Assembly (NCBI GenBank): GCA_002633005.1 | Contig: NMRA01000551.1 | Span: 220,209 to 284,208 of the forward strand | DNA length: 64,000 nucleotides | Direction: 5' to 3' | Source of the DNA: Phoronis australis | Lineage: Eukaryota; Animalia; Phoronida | In this document: piece after piece, positions 59,101 to 64,000 of the stretch | Numbering within the stretch: position 1 is the stretch's first letter | Layout of the letters: each line of letters starts with the position of its first letter | Made by a program: the position numbers and the translations under genes | The notes under the pieces: generated by a model | Told to the model about the DNA's origin: nothing | Database searches by the model: none | Seen by the model: only the letters and a program-made list of their open reading frames with translations

Positions 59101-60823
59101 TACACACCAAATTACATGCACCCTAAGGATGAACACGAATGAACACAGTACATGAAGACCTGTGGCTAACTATGATACTCATAAATAAGTAAAAGTCTTA
59201 CCCTAAAGTGGAATAGTTACTGGCATGAGTTGCTAGTTTTGACAACAGTTTGGCATAGGATTCATCTATAGAACAGCTGAAAAACAAAGCAAGAATTAGA
59301 TGACAGAATAATTTTCTCATTTTACATTAAAAAAGCATTTTGTTTAATGTTTCAATGAAAAATAAATTTTGAAGAATTTTAACAGTTGTTGATTCACCAT
59401 GAAATGAAATACTGAAACTTGAGAAAGTTTCCTGATGGCAACAAAAATTTCCACAAAAAACAATTAAGTAACTTTTGTATTGACCAAATATACTTTGTAC
59501 CAAATTACACCAATGAATCCAAATTTTTAGGAAAAGAATTCATGTTTCATCAAACATATCAGCTGCATCAAATGTATCAGCTGCATCAAACGAGAAACAC
59601 AGCCATGAAAAGAGCTGAACACAACACCACATACAGATACACAGAGGTTGTACCAGGTCATTGATTGTCATTGTTGAGAGTAAGACTCTGGTATGCCTGG
59701 GTCAATGTTAACAAATTGTTGTTGACCTGAGACAACATACAACAAGTGATACCAGCTGTGGAGCTCACTGGTGACTGAATTAAAGCCTAACTTCAATGTA
59801 ATCTTGTTCTTTTAGATTTATTAGAGTAACCAGATACTCCTAGAAAAGCCTTGGCAAAATAAAAAATCTTTAATTACACAAATGTAGGCCAGTCAAATGA
59901 TAGGTGAAGCTGCCTTTTCGCGCCATACTGCGTCACCGAGAGATCCCTGCACAAACAACAAGAGGTCGATAACTGTTGTATTGAATAGGGGTCTGAATAC
60001 AACACCATTGTGTGCGGGTGTTATTCGCAGCTGTTCGAATTAAAAGGTGGTTCTCGCGGTGACGTAGACAAAAGCAAACCAATAGGCCTAGCAGTTGTTA
60101 CATTTGACATTTTATGGCACTAGTGGGCTCAGAGGATGCTCTTAACATACAGTAGGATCCAAATTTACAAGTTTTACCATTCACGATAGGCTTTAATGCA
60201 TTGTGGGGTTGTCCAGACTGTAAACAACTGCACAGATAACTTGGTGATGTGTCAATATTTGGGGGGTGGGGGTAACATTTGTCACTTGCGCAAACCAGAA
60301 TGGAAAGCACAGGTGGAGTACATGCTTTTTGGTGTAAGTACAATTAAGCAACCATCATACAAAAATAAAAGAGTGAAACTGAACCTCAAAATGCATTCAA
60401 TCAGTACAATGATTTGGAAATCTTTTGCGTGAAAGATTCTTAAGGCATTTGTTATCTGATCACTTTTATGTCAAGTCTTACCATGCAAAACACAAATTGT
60501 AAAATCAGGTTGCTTGTCTACAATTTATCAGTGATGTCACCGGATACCTAAGAGCTGACAGTCGTCCCACAATGCATTTGAAAAAGGACAGCAGCACCAT
60601 ACAAGAAATCCCCTAAATTCTAAGTTGCCTTTTGATCAACTGAACTTAAAAGATATTTACAAGTAAACTCCAATCAAACACCAAGTAAAGACCCATGACT
60701 TTCTGCAGTGTCTACTATTTTGTTTACTCACCACTCCCTAATGAAAGTCTCCAGTTCTCGACTAGACTGTAATCCATTCTTCATGTTATGATACAACACA
60801 TCAAAGCCATTGTTCTTCTCTCC
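38095..60823 (-). CDS. FCHO2: FCH domain only protein (FCHO1/2 / SGIP1 muniscin ortholog): F-BAR, AP2-activator linker, mu-homology domain; 22 coding exons, first exon not found
   Basis: All exons below are GT-AG bounded and phase-consistent (sum 2631 nt = 876 aa + stop). Diagnostic motifs: [81 protein letters not shown]. Confidence 0.95.
38310..38870. mobile_element. MITE with long imperfect TIRs in the last FCHO intron
   Basis: AAAATCTGTGTGGGAGGGGGGGAAGGCA ... TGCCTTCCCTCCCTCCCCATACAGATTTT, with internal GGGTGGT repeats. Confidence 0.6.
39131..39498. repeat. Minisatellite, 40-bp unit x9
   Basis: Unit TTTT(A/C)ATGAAAAATAGTAAGACCACAGCAACTACTTGGTA. Confidence 0.97.
39653..39879 (-). CDS. FCHO2: FCHO exon (muHD): [15 protein letters not shown]...[13 protein letters not shown]
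   Basis: 227 bp, phase 2-1. Confidence 0.92.
40605..40807 (-). CDS. FCHO2: FCHO exon (muHD): [31 protein letters not shown]...VQSLPEAT
   Basis: 203 bp, phase 0-2. Confidence 0.92.
42661..42793 (-). CDS. FCHO2: FCHO exon (muHD): DSNQAVNK...[12 protein letters not shown]
   Basis: 133 bp, phase 2-0. Confidence 0.92.
42802..42949. mobile_element. Transposon end fragment terminating in TTAA; homologous copy at ~62112-62258
   Basis: Shared AAAACAATTTCT...GTTTCx(C/T)ATGAATC...TTTCTGAGA...GGGTCC..CTTAA. Confidence 0.6.
43221..43376 (-). CDS. FCHO2: FCHO exon (muHD): [51 protein letters not shown]
   Basis: 156 bp, phase 2-2. Not in the ORF track. Confidence 0.92.
44012..44702 (+). mobile_element. 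Solo LTR (691 bp) of an LTR retrotransposon, antisense within an FCHO intron
   Basis: Termini TGTCA...TGACA. 5-bp TSD GCATA at 44007-44011 and 44703-44707. TATA box TATAAATA at 44284, Inr-like TTAGTC at ~44310, ATTAAA at 44593. Confidence 0.85.
44134..44291 (+). promoter_or_regulatory. Heat-shock element cluster plus TATA box inside the solo LTR
   Basis: GAActTTCtaGAAgaTTC (44134-44151), palindrome TCTAGAATATTCTAGA (44175-44190), TTCagGAAagTTCtaGAA (44224-44241), TATA box at 44284. Confidence 0.75.
44812..44905. repeat. Minisatellite, 15-bp unit x~6
   Basis: Unit CTGCGTAGAGCATTA. Confidence 0.95.
44981..45168 (-). CDS. FCHO2: FCHO exon: MTARPNG...[45 protein letters not shown] (start of muHD)
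   Basis: 188 bp, phase 0-2. Confidence 0.92.
45420..45580 (-). CDS. FCHO2: FCHO proline-rich linker exon (alternative in-frame acceptor at 45559)
   Basis: Phase 1-0, donor CAG|gtaagc, contains PPPIPPK. Confidence 0.75.
46062..46186 (-). CDS. FCHO2: FCHO linker exon: [41 protein letters not shown]
   Basis: 125 bp, phase 2-1. Confidence 0.8.
46979..47043 (-). CDS. FCHO2: FCHO linker exon: [21 protein letters not shown]
   Basis: 65 bp, phase 0-2. Restores the frame between its neighbours. Confidence 0.75.
47133..47216. repeat. 40-bp tandem duplication
   Basis: CTAATAAC(G/A)CAGCTCTTTTTGTAACTCTTAATGAGACGT x2. Confidence 0.9.
47492..47587. repeat. Minisatellite, 32-bp unit x3
   Basis: Unit ATTAAAGCCCATTG(C/T)AGTGCCATCACTAAAAC. 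Confidence 0.9.
47818..48042 (-). CDS. FCHO2: FCHO exon, AP2-activator (APA) region: [14 protein letters not shown]...[19 protein letters not shown]...[15 protein letters not shown]
   Basis: 225 bp, phase 0-0, family-conserved motifs. Confidence 0.92.
48333..48354 (-). CDS. FCHO2: FCHO 22-nt microexon: (I)DTWDKEL
   Basis: tttttatttcag| ... |gtaagt, phase 2-0, required to keep the frame. Confidence 0.75.
48642..48867. repeat. 79-bp tandem repeat (~3 copies) containing the exon 3' end and 5' splice site
   Basis: Units start at 48642, 48721 and 48800. Confidence 0.92.
48824..48935 (-). CDS. FCHO2: FCHO polybasic linker exon: [36 protein letters not shown]
   Basis: 112 bp, phase 1-2, acceptor tattccag|, donor |gtgagt. 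Confidence 0.8.
50750..50809 (-). CDS. FCHO2: Probable FCHO cassette exon: (D)[19 protein letters not shown]
   Basis: 60 bp, phase 1-1 symmetric, acceptor ttcttattgcag|, donor G|gtgtgt. Confidence 0.55.
51820..51966 (-). CDS. FCHO2: FCHO exon: (G)[14 protein letters not shown]...[11 protein letters not shown]
   Basis: 147 bp, phase 1-1. EFEE motif at the end of the extended F-BAR. Confidence 0.85.
53246..53342 (-). CDS. FCHO2: FCHO F-BAR exon: [32 protein letters not shown]
   Basis: 97 bp, phase 0-1. Confidence 0.9.
54065..54163 (-). CDS. FCHO2: FCHO F-BAR exon: [33 protein letters not shown]
   Basis: 99 bp, phase 0-0. Confidence 0.9.
54278..54470. repeat. Purine-rich low-complexity tract (GGAGGGAGGTAG(A/G)GAT)n
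   Basis: Seen directly. Confidence 0.85.
54709..54788 (-). CDS. FCHO2: FCHO F-BAR exon: [26 protein letters not shown]
   Basis: 80 bp, phase 1-0. Confidence 0.9.
55358..55484. repeat. Minisatellite, 41-bp unit x3
   Basis: Unit TTGTCTAATGGTGGCCATCGTATACACCACTGATTCACATG. Confidence 0.92.
56061..56166 (-). CDS. FCHO2: FCHO F-BAR exon: [35 protein letters not shown]
   Basis: 106 bp, phase 0-1. Confidence 0.9.
56434..56505 (-). CDS. FCHO2: FCHO F-BAR exon: [24 protein letters not shown]
   Basis: 72 bp, phase 0-0. Confidence 0.88.
57234..57445. repeat. ~112-bp tandem duplication
   Basis: CCCTCCCTG.GAATAACACGA...CTGAGCTGTCACACTAGAAT x2. Confidence 0.85.
57728..57869 (-). CDS. FCHO2: FCHO F-BAR exon: [47 protein letters not shown]
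   Basis: 142 bp, phase 2-0. Confidence 0.92.
58206..58743. repeat. Minisatellite, 50-bp unit x~11
   Basis: Unit AGAATTTCAAGAACACTGAACTCTGCTCAGCTCAACAAGGTTTGTTCAGG. Confidence 0.97.
59202..59276 (-). CDS. FCHO2: FCHO F-BAR exon: [24 protein letters not shown](G)
   Basis: 75 bp, phase 2-2. Contains the FCH signature ExxYAKxL. Confidence 0.92.
59925..60070. mobile_element. Fold-back/palindromic MITE-like element
   Basis: GCGTCACCGAGAGA ... TCTCGCGGTGACGT, with inner arms GAATACAACACC / GGTGTTATTCG. Confidence 0.45.
60732..60823 (-). CDS. FCHO2: FCHO exon (N-terminal FCH): [30 protein letters not shown]
   Basis: 92 bp, phase 0-2. Near-identical to the FCHO N-terminal motif. Confidence 0.93.
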
Positions 60824-60903
60824 CTGAAATTAATAGAGAAAATATCACATAATAACTCCCCACTGATATTACATTGTAAATGGGTGCTAATCAGGTTTAA
60901 AAG

Positions 60904-60904
<1 letters not shown>

Positions 60905-60943
<39 letters not shown>
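60905..60943. repeat. (AAC)13 microsatellite
   Basis: Seen directly. Confidence 0.95.
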
Positions 60944-60944
<1 letters not shown>

Positions 60945-61880
60945 CAATAATCAAAGTCATCAACACTGTGTCCAGACGCCAAGTTGTCCTGGAATAAGGG
61001 AGTGTTCACACATCTCTGCACTAGTGACGAGACAGCATTCACAAGGGAATCACATTGCAAACGTGTTTGTGTAGCAATTATGGCGACAGGTTTACGGAAA
61101 CTCCGATTTTTTGCGAACCTAATGCTTGATGAAATAATAGGCATCATCCAGAGGGTGTCCAAGGCGTTCAAATGGACAATTTAACTCACATTTATTCACC
61201 TTAGCAAGGGCGCCCTCTTTGCACGGCCAAGTAAAGAAAGCAAGAAAGCATGAACGTCTCTCTTTTCATTTGCTAGCAGCAGCTCTCAGAGCTCATTGGC
61301 CTCTCCAGAATAAAGAAATAGATATGACGCAAGATACCAAAAACTTTACTGTAGAACCATGTCGCCACAGTAGCATATACCACACTATAACAGCAATTTG
61401 ATTTGGAAGTCATAAAAATGTAGTCAAGCATCACAGGTCATGGACATCCCGAGAAATTGGGAAACTTAATTTGGGCATCCTATTTTTGAAATCCTGAATG
61501 AAACCTGAAAGCCATACAAGGGAATATAATTTATTTAACTGACATTCTTTAAATATCCACTACAAACCTGCATTCGTTCAAAAAGACTATTGACTTTATA
61601 ACAGGGTTAATTCATCATTAATAATATTTTGAACAGTTCACATTTACACACGAAAGCAATAAATAGTGCATGATACTAAACAGTTTTCAAAAATGCATGT
61701 ACTTAGTCAACTGTGGACAGTAAAGAGCTGTCAGTTTCACCATACATCCCACCTGTCTTGAGCACTGACCTTTAGCAATATGGCATTAATTGGGTCACAT
61801 CTTGTTATTAAAATATAGTGAAAAGAAAGGTACATTGATAGCAGAACCATGGTATCAGCAACATGACTAAATTTCATTTA

Positions 61881-61973
61881 CCATATTCGCCCTAATAACC
61901 GCCCAGGGCGCTTAGAAAAATTCGTTTCTGGGGGGGCACTTAGAGGCACGGGCGGTTTTTAGGGTAAATACAG
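61881..61973. mobile_element. ~93-bp Tc1/mariner-type MITE with TA TSD
   Basis: TA|CCATATTCGCCCTAATAACCGCCC ... GGGCGGTTTTTAGGGTAAATACAG|TA. Confidence 0.65.
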
Positions 61974-63869
61974 TAATACCAATGTTCAAGATGAAATCTC
62001 AACAACGTCATTATGGTTTTCTAAATTATTTCATTTTTGTTTTATACAATTTTCATTTTTTGTGAAAAAGTCTGATTTTTGATAGGCTGTCATACAAAGG
62101 TAGAATTCTTTAAAAACAATTTCTGACAGAGTTTTGGAGACCACTGCATAAAACAGACAAACCTGAAAGTTTCGTATGAATCTGATCTGCCATTTCTGAG
62201 ACATGATGTTGCGAAGTTGGCTAAATTTGGGAATTTTTCGGGGGTCCTACATTCTTAACTCTTGAGCATACACTTGAGTGCCAGCACAGTCAGTACTAAT
62301 ACTGACATGAAAGGCCATTTTTTCACAAGTCCGGATAACAAACACCAAACAGCTAATATTCTTAAAACACCTTTAACAATAATCCGTTCCACAGTCTCAG
62401 ACCAATAAAAACAACAGGGTCATTCCCCTACAAACTAGACTACATTCCAGTAGATCAGACAGTCACACTATATACCTATACCAGCGGACTACATTAGGAC
62501 CACAATATAACTAATACAGATACTGTATTTTCAGCAGTTTCCCTAGGCATGTAATAGGTGACTTCTGTGTCGCAGTGTACGAACCAGAGGTTGGCAAATT
62601 TGAGGAGCTACATGAATAAAACTTTAGAGAAAGACTGAAAACTTACACCAAAGCTGGCTTGTCGCTTGAACCTCATACTGTGGTCTTACTGATCAAGCTG
62701 GTGTTAAGTTTCTGGTACAATTTATGACAAGACAAGTTTAAATAGGGCTACTCTTATCTCAACCACTTGAAGCCACAGAGCAGAACATCCTTTCACTTCA
62801 CAAGTCCAGGGTCATGAAAAGTCAGCCTACGTAAATCTAAATTGCTTACTTCAAATCAGCAAATCACATTTGGAGAGCAGACAATAATTCAATTTTCTAA
62901 TCAGCAGCTCCAGAAACCAACCTTTTCAAGTAGTGTCGATGTTACCCAGATCTGCGCAATATTGCCACCTCAAATGATCAAGATCTTAGTACTGTAACCC
63001 TATAATGCAGTGTTGACTGTCACAATACATGCATCTTGAGATAGGATAAAAAATTGTTTCCAGTCCTTTCGTATTTTCATTATACAGTAAATTTACAGGA
63101 TATTACTTTTTCCATGAAAAGATAGGCATGAGAGTTTTTCCTTAATCCCAGCAACTGGATGCATAAGCAGTAATACGACGTATAATGTCGGGGTTTGTGT
63201 CATTAATTTTTCTATAAGTTTTCGGGAATAATTCCTTTCATCATTTCCAACGCCTAGAAACTGTTTTGTCATTTTTCACGTGATGACTAACAGTATTTCA
63301 GTGTACACCAAACTACACACAGAATAACTTTGGATAATTCAGTTGGGAATTTCACTAATTACACTGATGACCAACTGAAGCATGTAACAAGCACTTTGCA
63401 ATACTGCACTTGTGACAGACAGATAAACTCTAGTTCAGTTTTGCCAACCCACAGACTTGAATAAGATCGCCTGCTTGTTCTCCCGATATCCATGATTCAG
63501 TCAACCAGCAAAGGTTAGTTACCTTTACCAAAAGTATCCAATTGAAGAAACATCTGTTTTCAATAGACTTGGAATTTTAGAATATCGGAAAGCAAACTAC
63601 GTTAATTTCCATACTTCATCTGGTATTTTCAGTGCTATTAAATGCATTTGATGAAGAAGTACCAAGTTGCATACACAGACGACCAGATATTTATGGATCA
63701 TAACATTAGACAGCCAGATTGTTGGCTCACTTCCCTTGGCACAAGCTACTTCAAGACACCATGCTCAAGTGACCTCATATGACCAAATCAACTCAGTATG
63801 ATACATCCTGCCCTCCAGTAGCCTCCACTTGTGAACACCCTTAAAGGGCAATAACAGGGCACAGTCGTG

Positions 63870-64000
63870 TTTTTTTACTTGGCGGAATTCTTCCGCCAAG
63901 TATGTTGCTCTGACAGCAAGTTTTTTTACTTGGCGGAATTCTTCCGCCAAGTATGTTGCTCTGACAGCAAGTTTTTTTTTTTTTTTTACTTGGCGGAATT
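63870..64000. repeat. Tandem ~51-bp unit with a perfect 12-bp hairpin and T-tract, continuing past the window end
   Basis: TACTTGGCGGAA-TTC-TTCCGCCAAGTA at 63876 and 63927; a third copy starts at 63987. Confidence 0.9.

Noticed and set aside
63520-63560. Candidate first FCHO exon (..GYFW-like)
   Set aside because: The Trp codon is not followed by a GT donor in the required phase. The true first exon probably lies beyond 64000.

Overview
AT-rich (~38% GC) animal genomic DNA, repeat-rich with assembly gaps. It is probably a marine invertebrate deuterostome (inference). There is no sign of prokaryotic systems. Two spliced genes lie tail-to-tail. (1) A + strand C2H2 zinc-finger gene: coding exons 15680-15793, 23230-23325 and 27785-31336, ~1253 aa, with three fingers, a long disordered region and a tandem C-terminal helical module that resembles the MORC C-terminal dimerisation segment. 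(2) A - strand FCHO1/2/SGIP1-family muniscin gene: 22 phase-consistent coding exons from 60823 to 38095, encoding F-BAR, the AP2-activator linker and a mu-homology domain; its first exon was not found in the window. The rest holds MITEs and non-autonomous DNA transposons, a decayed THAP-hAT transposase, a Helitron-like element and many minisatellites. The most notable items are a 691-bp solo LTR (5-bp TSD) in an FCHO intron carrying three heat-shock-element arrays in front of a TATA box and pointing antisense, the ZnF protein's MORC-like, ET-ligand-like and YDF motif set, and a triplicated exon end plus 5' splice site in FCHO.
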